DNA of 60,000 nt from Laetmonice hystrix (taxonomy: Eukaryota), in contig OZ249436.1 of assembly GCA_965235115.1 (NCBI GenBank), forward strand, positions 46,130,001 through 46,190,000. The letters run 5' to 3'. The position numbers and the translations under genes are program-made. This document shows positions 49,477 to 60,000 of this stretch, piece by piece. The notes beneath the pieces were generated by a model. It saw only the letters and a list, made by a program, of their open reading frames with translations, had not been told where the DNA came from and did no database searches. How positions within the stretch are numbered: the stretch's first letter is position 1; each line of letters opens with the position of its first letter.

Positions 49477-50402
49477 TACATACGTCTATAGTTAGGAGTA
49501 ACGTCTTATCCCTGAACGGTTCTGTGATTACAATGGAAATCTCAGCATTTCTGACAATCTTTGCAGCATCACATTTGTCGGCTTCCTAACACATAGCCAG
49601 AGGTTAAGAGTATAAAAATCTGCTCCGGTCTGTACATTTTGTTTTTCTCAGGCACACTGTGTCTCGCAGTTATAATCAGCCAGAATGCCATCACTGTCCG
49701 CTTTGATACATCGGATACACGTTGAAAGACCGGAGCTCGGGGCTCCTGGCCACCATTGTTGGTAAGCGTGAGAGAAACCCGAGCATCCTGTGAGGGGACA
49801 TCCTGATTATCAGGGGAGGCAGACACTGTTTGAAGTTGGCAACGGTAAGTGATGCAGAAGAACAGAATCCTGGTCTCCTGGGACTTTTGTTCTTTTTCCC
49901 CATCTCCGTAACATTTGCGTTACACTAGTAGCTCAATGACACTGACAATGGTGAAACCACATATGGAAAGAACAGTAATGGCCTATAGGCTTCTACACCG
50001 TGTTTGTAATGCTGGGTATAATGGTAATTAATGGCTCTTTGTTTTACACCAGCTAAAAACTTAATCTTTGATCATACATTGGCACAGCGTACTGGGAACT
50101 GTTTGTTCTATGTGTATAAAATACAAAGTTCGGCTTTCCAATAATACAGCGTCGCATCTTCTCTTTTAGACATATACCCTGTGTAATATATGTAACCCCC
50201 AGACTACGGCATGGACCGTCATAGTGAAAACTGTAATGGCGACATGAGCTATTTTGATAATTCGATTACTTCTGGCATTAAGTGCATGGCGGTAATGGCA
50301 TTGTTTTCCCTGTCAGTTTTTGTAATACAGATGAATGGACATGTTTATGAGGAGGCCATTCCGGGGGGAGTCGGAGTCTCTAATTTCAAGTTGACTCATT
50401 AA

Positions 50403-50547
50403 AATCTTCATCAAAACAGTATCTGTCCTTGTCCTAAATGTAACTCTTCATCAAATCAGTATCTGTCCTTGTCCTAAATGTAAATCTTCATCAAATCAGT
50501 ATCTGTCCTTGTCCTAAATGTAACTCTTCATCAAATCAGTATCTGTC
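50403..50547. repeat. Tandem repeat, 40-bp unit, about 3.5 copies
   Basis: TCTTCATCAAATCAGTATCTGTCCTTGTCCTAAATGTAA. Confidence 0.9.
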
Positions 50548-50723
50548 AATGCCTCATTGCTGGCTAAATATCATCTATAGCGTTTCGAACCTCGAATAAC
50601 GCACATCATTTCCCACCACATCAGACGCCTTCTGACGAGCTTTTTAAAATGTCCGTAGGCGCAGCTTGACAATACTTCCCTCCCAAAAAATCTCTGTCGT
50701 CAAAAGTCTGCTCTTGATACAAC

Positions 50724-50895
50724 GGGCCCAGGTCGGAAAAAAACATAAGATCTTAAGATCAGGGCCCAGGTCGGGAAAACACGATCAGGATCTTGCTTAA
50801 GCTTAAGCTTAACGCTTCGGATTGACTGGTCTATAAGCCAACCAGAAGCATTAAGCTTTAGCTTAAGCAAGATCTTAAGTTTTTACAAACTGAGC
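50724..50895. mobile_element. Palindromic MITE with a duplicated left end
   Basis: GGGCCCAGGTCGG twice, then GATCTTGCTTAAGCTTAAGCTTAA...TTAAGCTTTAGCTTAAGCAAGATC inverted arms. Confidence 0.6.
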
Positions 50896-51859
50896 GGTGG
50901 ACCTTGAACCTATGAAACCTTTGAAGTAACGTTATATCAGTAGGTTGGCAGACTTGGAAGGTATGCTGCAGATTTGCTGTATGTACATGTGTTTTTGTCC
51001 TAAATGTCGGAAATCCGTAACTTAAACTGTTTTAGATCAGCTATCACATCAATACAATCAGTACGATTATCTCTTAGATAATCCTAACATCCTCAAAGGT
51101 TATCCTTAAGCAGGTGAATAACTTGTAGAAATGATATACGGACCTGCAAATGATGTCTTTCTCATCTTATAGTACGAGCACATATTTTTTTATGACGCCA
51201 ACACTGGCAGGTAGAGAGAGAGACCACCCAGAGGTGATTTCTCTCCCCTACATCTGACGTCAAGGCCGAAATATAGCGTAACGTGTCGAAGACATGCCGC
51301 AGCTGCTCCTAACTCACTCAGTAATGTCACAGTACCATCATAATGATTACCATCATAATGCTATCGTTCTCTTAGTACAGGCTGTCAGGATTTACAACCG
51401 GTAGGACATACCATTCCTTACTTCTGAGGTATGGTCATAACTAGAAATTGTTTCAAAAAAGGGGAGAAGGTATGGTAATTCACTTGAGAAAGCCGATGTT
51501 TCTATCAGTGACTGGGCCTTCACATTGAATCTTTGAATAAACGACAATCATTAGCTAAGTAGTTTCTTTATGATATCAGATATCAAATACAGTCTATGAT
51601 TCCCAACATCAACAGCATTAAAAGTGTGCGTGTCTCATAACCTTGTTTTTAAATACCCCAAACATGGAAGGATGCAGAAGATCCCAATAAATGTTCCTAT
51701 CAAAACCTACAACATTTTCCTATCATTATTTCTCCAACATAAATACCAAGGGGTTATAATGTACATGTATGACTGCCCATTCTTTGTTTGATTCGATAAA
51801 GGGGAACCGTCGTGTAGTCCCGGTAACACCTCGACAAGAATTCACCTTCCCGACCCAGT

Positions 51860-52034
51860 AATATATTATATGTAATTGTTAAGTGCTAAGAAGGATGTGT
51901 AAAACTATATACTGTACATACAAGGTAATGTAGAATGTATGTGTGAAAGTGTATAATACGTTAATGTATCACAGGGCCCTACATTAATGGCGGCTGACAA
52001 GTCGAGTGGGTTCCCCTGTCAAAATATGCATAAT

Positions 52035-52062
<28 letters not shown>
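51860..52062 (+). mobile_element. 3' end of a poly(A)-tailed retroelement
   Basis: CAGGGCCC...GGGTTCCCCTG stem-loop followed by AATAAA and about 28 A; left boundary approximate. Confidence 0.5.
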
Positions 52063-52066
<4 letters not shown>

Positions 52067-54703
52067 GTTGTATTATATACCTGACTTCACGGAAGAAATT
52101 CATATAGAGCAATGGAAGCGTTTAGCTAGCCGTTTTGTTCTTATGATATTTACCATTCTAGCTATAGACAAGATATATTTCAGCAGGCTGGTTATATCGC
52201 CAAGAGGTGGCTGTATACTAATTCACAACATTAGACGCAGTCGTTTGTGCGACGACAATTATTTAATTATTGAATCCAATATCGGATTTTATCTTTTAAA
52301 AAGGGAACCTGTAGTGGGTATTGTTCGCTTGTAATTCACAGTAAACCAGTATTTTAATCCAATTATAAGTGGGCCCTATGTGAAATTTGCTGTTAAAAGC
52401 AAATATCTGGGAGAGACAGAGATACAATCTAGGTTTTTTACTCATGCGGTAATTCAAGTGGAAATCCTACTTCTAGTTCTGTCTACCATACATGATTAAC
52501 ATATGATTAATAGCCATATCGTCACCTGCAGGAAGGCGGCCTTGATCTTTAATGAATTCACAAACCAAACAACCCTGTGGTGACAATTCAACATATACTA
52601 TAAAAGCTTATCATTTTAGTTGTAAAAAATCGATTTGAAAATAAGCTTTAATGTCGTCACTGGTGTGTTGCCGTATGCTTTGTATGGGGCTAAAAACAAG
52701 GAACGATCGATGTTCAAAGAACAAGCTAAGCAACAACAATTGTCTGATAATTGTTAGTTGCATAATCACATCGTGAACATTTAGAAGACACCGGTCAATT
52801 GATGTATAACGGAGCCAAAATTATTGCGTTTGTGTATGTGTGGTTTAAAATAATTATGCCACGGTTCCATAGAATATGTGCCGCAAATATAGGAAAAAGA
52901 CGATTGAAAAGGCTGTTCAAAAGCCGTCAAATCTATAACAAGAATGTGGATATTCTTAGCCCATTAGAAACGTCAGTAGTCTCTAAGTGATCTTGACAGA
53001 ATTGTCTAGATGACCTTTCTGGCTCGTGAACGCTGACCGACGTATCCTGCAGGCGTTGTGAGTCAGACTTACGGTTCTAACGCCCTTTCTGGCGCCTCAC
53101 GCACCGCCTAGATAACAGTGTTTGGTCTTTTACCCGCTCATCAGCGTGTTCTTGACCATCTAACTAGTGATGTTTGAGCAGAACATTACTCCCCTTGAGG
53201 GCCGGATAACTATAACTAGATCTTCAGCAAAAGTGTTAATCCATTTAAGAAGTGAGCCGAGTCGTTTGTCGTGGCCCGATAGCGGAGGGATTGCGGTTGA
53301 AGATTAATTACTTGGCCGACCTGTCTCCGGCTGTCAAACCAATGACCTCCCCCAGTCGTCACCATGGAGACGGCAACTGACCTCCCTCCGCCATACCTTC
53401 CTTTTACCCTGCCCTCTCAGACACCCCCATCTATCTGACCCTTCGCCGCGGCCACAGCCTAACACCTGCCGCCTTTTGTTTTTTCTGAACATAATGCGAA
53501 CGTTTGCCGCAAACAATGACCATTTGCATGCACTGTTTGTCCCCCATACATATCATACCCAGAGTGAGAGACATTAAATAATTATATGACTGACAGCACG
53601 GACACTGGTTCCTGGAAGGATAAATATTCCGGTGGCCCCAAGTCCTGGAAACGTAGTTGTCTAACGTCCATAGCAGGTCCTCTTTATTTCTGACTTCCTG
53701 TATTGGTGATAATGTAGTTTTTATATCACCAAAACCATGTTACAGTTACATATTGTTTGTAGCGACATTTTCAAAGTATTTAAAGGATTCCTGTCCAGAA
53801 TTAGTTTTTCACATGTGATATTTCGCAAGAAGTCGCCAAGTTCTTCATTGCGATTCATCTGTTAGCCATGAATATTCTTATAAGAAAACAAGAAGATAAA
53901 ACGAACAGGAAATGTATACAGAGACATAGGCCTACAGAGGTGGGAGTCAGTAAAAGGCCGATCACAGCGCCCCTCTGCGGGATATCTGCGGATGTCCAAA
54001 TGTCTCGTTCAATGTCTAGACAATATCATTATACAGGCACGATGTGTTGCCGCATGCACATCTGATGTCAGGCGATTATAGTCTGGAGCAGTATAAGTCT
54101 TTGTTTGGGCTGCTCTATGAAAACATCATAGAAATGTTTAAAAAAATACGCGGTTTCATTCTTAGCCGATCGGTTTTAGTTGTGATTTCTGAGCGTGGTG
54201 ACGGTAGTTAACAAAAATAAAAAAGAAATTGATTAATAAAAAAATTAATTAAAAAAAAAATTCTATAAAGATATAGAAATGACGGTTGACCTGCTGAGGC
54301 CGGATATACCCCAGGTAAGTTTTGAACCGATTGTTTATAACCTCACGGATAAATACACCCCACCCCCGCACACACACCCGCCTCCACCCCACCCCACCCC
54401 CCAGACGGTGGGAACGAAAACATAATTCAACCTCGAATCTCATTTTCATTACTCACCTCATGGCAAAAGGGTATGAGGCAGCTCTTTTTTCTCTTTAGAG
54501 TAAAAATATGTAAGTAATATTATTTGCACTAATAGACGTGGGTGTCTACAAATATAATAACAGATTTATTAAGACACTTTAGTCTTTTTGGAAATGTTAT
54601 CTATAGTTCTGCATGTCACTGTGTATCTATATGCATATGTCATATTATGAAGAAAGATACATGTATTAAATCAAAAGGTAGAGACCTTTTTCTAGAAGAT
54701 TAA

Positions 54704-55225
54704 AGGGGCATATTATGAGGAAATGTTAAAAATCGGCATTTCATAGAACTTTTGGTGTTTTTATAAGATTTTCATTAAAATTGCTTGGTAAACAAAGACA
54801 GACTTATCAGTTTCATTTTGCGTAAGAAATCGAAGTTTATTAAGCTCCCTTGCCCGCTTCTCTGCCGATTTCGTAAAATATGTTTTGGGTGGCATTCTGA
54901 TGCCGGGCGATCGAGTGCAACTGCTGAATTGTTTACAACTAAGCGAAGCACGTGACTAAGCACATGCAGAGCGTGCACACACAGGATGTGACACAGTATG
55001 CAATTACACGGGTTGATGGGAGGTTGTCTACCAAATTATGGCGGGAGATGTGCTATCGGGAGAAATCTAGGTTTGGTCGTATAGAACCTACGTGTGCTGC
55101 ATACGCAGCGAAAACACGTCGGAGGACAAAATGCTGTGGTAGGATTATTTACTTGGATCCCTAGTACACGGTCATGTTGGATAATTGCTGGAAATCCTCA
55201 AAAACGTGTTTCATAGCATGCCCCT
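54704..55225. mobile_element. TTAA-flanked Kolobok-like MITE (about 520 bp)
   Basis: TTAA|AGGGGCATATTATGA ... TCATAGCATGCCCCT|TTAA. Confidence 0.75.
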
Positions 55226-58200
55226 TTAATAACGACATAATGTGGAAACAAATACGATTGCAAAAATGTAAATGTAAAGATCTATTGATATGATATGTCG
55301 ATATTAATGAGATGAAATTTTGCAGAAAAATTAAAAATATATAAAAATATTTTAATAAAAAGCAAAGATTACATTTCCTCACGTGAAGTTGAGATGGATT
55401 TACATAACTTTGCACTGAGGTTATAGGCGATATTATTTTGCAGGGAAAAATATATCAATATAATATCATTTTCTTAGCTGTAAAAATGCATTATTTTTTT
55501 CAAGACTTGTAAAGATTAAAAGGTTCTAAATACATGTGTATACTTAATTTATTTCTTTTAAAAAATTATGTACCTGATTGCGAGCATGACTGTGTGCTCT
55601 GCCCGGCTGTGCCTACCCTACCCCCCCCCCCCCCTCCCCACCTGACTGGCTGACTTCCGTCAAATTAATCATGCTTAATCTGTACCGAAAAAAAGAAGCC
55701 GGGAATCACCGTAGTGCACTTAATGAGCTAAACCCGTGGCTTCAGACCAACTGGAGGGAGAGTAAATGAGATTTAGTTTTGCTTTATGAGAATTAATCTG
55801 AATTAGATAAAGACAGATTCGCCCAATTATGAGGTGTGTGGCAGCCCTCCCCGAACAATAGGTGTTCTGTTCTATTGGCCAGATTGGCGAACCTGAGGGT
55901 CATATAGAGACAGCAGGTGTGAAACTGCTACATGGGATTGTAATTAAACGATATCACAGGCTGAGCATGATACAATTAAAAGTAGTCCGACTGCATATCA
56001 AAAGTATCAGAAATAGTGAATGCATAAACAATGAGACATAATGCAATTCAGGCACGCGTTTTCCTGGATACTGTCCACTTAGGCCTTAATTCGCCGACAG
56101 ACGAACTGGTATTTCCCGTAATACCCCAGACAACACACAGCAGGCCATGCTGGAGCGCACCATGTACGATGTACCGGCATATTACAGCGATGAGTGAGAG
56201 GTAAAATGTGACTAAATCTAATAAGAGTGATGCACATGTAATAACCCCTACGTGATGTCATGGAAGGGGTCGGTGCAGACCCCTACCACGACCTGGACAT
56301 CCTGGCATCTCTCTATATGATGACTCAGTGGCGCCACCTTGGCTGACACCAGTCACCTTCGGAGAGCGCCGAGTAAAATAGACTTTGCCATTGGTGATGA
56401 TTCATGGATGTTTTCTATTTTTAAGAAAAGAAGGAGAAAAAACCTTCCGAGAAGGCTAGGATTGATGTAAGGAGGAGTCCGCCGAGCGTCTTGGCGGGCT
56501 GCGTCTGTGATTAATGTCAGCTTGGGCCATGTCTGATTCTTAATCTGTATCTCCCAGGGGACAGATCCCCTATGGTAATACCGTCGCCAAATTTAGATAA
56601 AATGTAAAAATCCATCATCTGTCCCAGCCATAACCCTACTCCTTATCTCTAGTCTCGGTCCCCAGACCTTCTTCCAAAGTTTATTCCCATCCATAGCTCT
56701 TTCCTCAACCCTAACCCCTACCTACGATTTCGTGGGAATTTTACTTTGGGGATACCTACCCTCTTGGGGGCATTCCTGTACGTTTCTTCGCGCTGCATAT
56801 CCAAGTCGATATTTCATAATGTGTAGCTCAGGTTATCGCCAGACATGTGTTAAAGATTATGCTGGGGCAAACAACCTATGATTACATAATATCCTTTGTT
56901 GATCTCAGACTACGCTGCAGCATTTGCTTTTTTGTAATCACAAAACGTAAATAAATCGTCTTTTCCCAGAATTGATGGGGCGAATTAAGATGAAGTTAAG
57001 CCGGGCAACGACAGGTAAAATATCAAGAGGTTTTATAGGACTAAATATGAACTGTAACCGGAAGTGGCAGAAATGTATCTAAACATGTAGTTTAAGAATG
57101 ATTTAACATATAGAGATTCTCCACGCTGGCGTTTTTTAAGCTACAGGCAGAAGTTTTCACTTCCGCAAAGAGCTATCTCTTAGGTTAAATTACACATCAA
57201 TAGCTCAAAATATTAGCGTTTTAACAGGTGGAGCAGCCACATACTCAGTCTTCCTGTTACAGGAAAGCCCATGGCTTTCAGCCGTGTATACTCAGTCTGT
57301 TCTTGTTAAAGGAAAGTCCTGGTTTCAGCCGTTTCAACTGACATAAACCTACCGATTTTCCATATCATCTTTTGAAATTGCATTTTTTTCTTTGAGAATC
57401 GAGCGGATGGTGTGTCAGTATATTAAACAAAATATACTAAAACTTCTAGAAATCTTTATAACGACAATCTGCGTGTACTGAAAACGGATACGCTATGGAA
57501 ATAAAAGGGTCACACATAAAGTCACAGTAGTCAAAGTTATGATACTGACAGGATCGAGGATAATTCTAAAACGGAACAATGGTAAAACAGCCGTGTATTT
57601 ATCGTTTCTTCAAAGACACGCTGGGACAAACTTGAAATTATCATACTCCACATTGTGTTGCAGTATGTCTTGGAATGGAAACACAAATAGCTGTTCTCCG
57701 GGGACTATATGGCCATCGATGTGATAACTGAGTGGCAGACTTGAAGACGTCGCTCGGACCCAATGTATACCGAGATAAGAGAGGCAGGGTGGACATATAT
57801 GTAAATGATCTCAGATAGCATACCATCTGAATGGGATCTTCAATCTTTTGTTCTGTACATTGTTTCTTGTGATCACCACAACGAGTTCATATCAAGGGAG
57901 CCCTGTGACAAGAAGATAGGTCTACGAAGTTCTCCGCACGATATTATAGGCTGTGCAGTGAAATAAGTTTTATATGAAAGCAGATGTAATAAAGTTTGTG
58001 TATAGCCTATGACATCCCAAGGCCCGTGTAGCAATACAACTTTCAGCAATGCTCCATTTCAGCTCCACTATCAGTTAGATAGATTTTCCAAATGGGTTCA
58101 CGTTCCCTTTGAGATCCCAACATTATCATTTTTTTTGTTTTAGAAATGATAAAAAAGTACGTATAACCTTTGGTAGTTTGATACCTTGGAGATGGAGTAA

Positions 58201-58634
58201 TGAATCTCATCGGATCGACCTTGTCAAATGTCGTTTGGCTGTGAGGTTCATGAGATGGTGGAAGGTCACTGCTTGCTGTCCGGCTATGGCAGACAGGACG
58301 GTGGATTGCCATGGCGACGTCTGAACCTGGTTCAGTGATAAATCATACGTCGATTGCTCGCTCTGTAACAGTTGACAGAGTGAGATCACATTTCATGTCA
58401 CAGCCGACATATGGCGATATTAATTATTCAGCGCTGATTGCTCCGGCAGTGAGCAATGAGGACTGATTGGAGCAGCTCACTCGCTGCCACCAGGGCATCA
58501 ATATTGCAGAAGTGCTGAAAGTTTCCGGGCCTCCAATTAAAATACCGGGACGTAGAGGCTGCAGGGTGGAGGCCCGTTTTGTTGACAAGAGCGTGAACTC
58601 TGGTGCGACATGAAGTGGGGGTTTGTAGGTGTGA

Positions 58635-58846
58635 TAGTCTACTCTACACACTATAGACGATTTCCCTTGCGACGGCCATGCGATTTTAGATTTAATGGTA
58701 GAATTTCACTCTGAAATCTTTCCTGGCTGGCCTTCCCTGTTTACGGTTTACTATCTTTTAATCTCAAAATTACAGTGAGATAAAAGGGTGATGTCAAAAT
58801 CGCATGGACGTCGCCAGGAAAATCGCCTTAGTGTGTACCAGGCTTA
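58635..58846. mobile_element. Foldback MITE, PIF/Harbinger-like
   Basis: TACACACTATAGACGATTTCCCTTGCGACGGCCATGCGATTTT ... AAAATCGCATGGACGTCGCCAGGAAAATCGCCTTAGTGTGTA, imperfect inverted arms. Confidence 0.65.
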
Positions 58847-59077
58847 TAGAACTGAGCGTCAAAACGGTCTTTTTAAAAGAGATTTATCTCTGTGATAACC
58901 CCATTTGGAGTATTTCATTTCACAAAATTTTGAGTAATACGAATATTGGGAAGAATTAATCAAATCAAACAAGTGCTTTTGTTCTGTTACCCGTAAAATA
59001 ATCTTGATAATAACATCCGTACCGAATTTAGTGGGAAAGAAATAAGATTCCATCATTATTCCTCAACCAAAACCTGT

Positions 59078-59508
59078 CCTTAACCCCAAACCTCGGTCCC
59101 AGACATCCGCTCAAAACTGGTCTTTATCCCTGTCTCTGTCCCTGTCCATGTCCCTAACCCCAAACCTCGGTCCCAGGCCTCCGCTCAAAACTGGTCTCTA
59201 TCCCTGTCTCTATCCCTGTCCCTGTCCCCATCCCTGTCCATGTCCCTAACCCCAAACCTCGGTCCCAGGCCTCCGCTCAAAACTGCTCTCTATCCCTGTC
59301 TCTATCCCTGTCCCTGTCCGCATCCTTGTCCCATTCCCTGTCCCTAACCCCAAACCTCGGTCCAAGACCTCCGCTCAAAACTGCTCTCTATCCCTGTCCC
59401 CACCATTGTCCCTGTCCCTGTCCCCATCCCCATCCCCATCCATGTCCCTGTCCCTGTCCCCATCCCTGTCCCTGTCCCCTCCATGTCCCTGTTCCTGTCC
59501 CTAACCCT
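59078..59508. repeat. C-rich tandem repeat (about 75-100-bp variable unit, 4 copies) decaying into (CCCTGT)n
   Basis: CCCTAACCCCAAACCTCGGTCCCAG..CCGCTCAAAACTG..TATCCCTGTC repeated. Confidence 0.9.
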
Positions 59509-59892
59509 GGCTCCATTTGACGGGAAATGATAGGGAATAACCGTCAGGTATACGGATACCACAATATATAAGATACCTTTCGTTCCGTTTTTTATTTTCA
59601 CGTGATTCGCACCCGGGCTATGGTTCGGCTTGCCCCGGCCCGTCTACTAGTCCTTGGACAATACCGCAAGCAAACCCTGGTAAATGATTCAGGAATAAAG
59701 TCTGATGTCGGTTTAGATGGGGATTATATCGGTCAGGATCAAAGTAATATTGGCTCATGTTGTGTTCCGTCCATGACCTTAGATTAAGGAGGTCTAGATT
59801 GTAAGATGAATATTGATAGGTTGGTGCATGTACTTGGTATAGTACATAAATCACCACGTCATCAGTCGTTCTGGTCACATGGTCCAATCCTC

Positions 59893-60000
59893 AATACGAT
59901 CATATATCACCATAGAGTAGTCCGGTCAACATTACTCAGTGCAACCCTAAATACGATCATATATCACCATAGAGTAGTCCGGTCAATATTACTCAGTGCA
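59893..60000. repeat. Tandem repeat, 57-bp unit, running off the window end
   Basis: AATACGATCATATATCACCATAGAGTAGTCCGGTCAA.ATTACTCAGTGCA twice. Confidence 0.85.

Overview
Eukaryotic (animal) genomic DNA, intron- and repeat-rich. A marine invertebrate, probably a mollusc, is my inference from gene content and repeat style; it is not provable here. Three protein-coding genes can be rebuilt exon by exon with consistent GT-AG sites and reading phase. (1) An alpha-2-macroglobulin-family thioester protein on the minus strand: ATG at 22376, 27 exon positions visible, about 1300 aa inside the window, running off the left edge. It has a signal peptide, an RRRR processing site, a GCGEQ thioester and a catalytic His. 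(2) CFAP141/C1orf189 on the plus strand, 4 exons, 121 aa, head-to-head with the A2M gene and preceded by an RFX X-box. (3) A ZNF710/ZNF366-family gene with 11 C2H2 fingers on the minus strand, 979 aa. The most striking feature is in the A2M gene: the start of the bait region is encoded by three paralogous, phase 0-to-1 exons (8837-8939, 7131-7257, 6669-6789) that must be mutually exclusive. They share a G-x5-D-x3-E-[TS]-[RS]-PC core but have neutral, basic or acidic/Met-rich tails, i.e. a splice-switchable protease bait. The rest of the window holds minisatellites, non-autonomous DNA transposons (some nested), LINE/SINE remnants, and, from about 39 kb on, a region with no recognisable protein but some promoter and splice signals.
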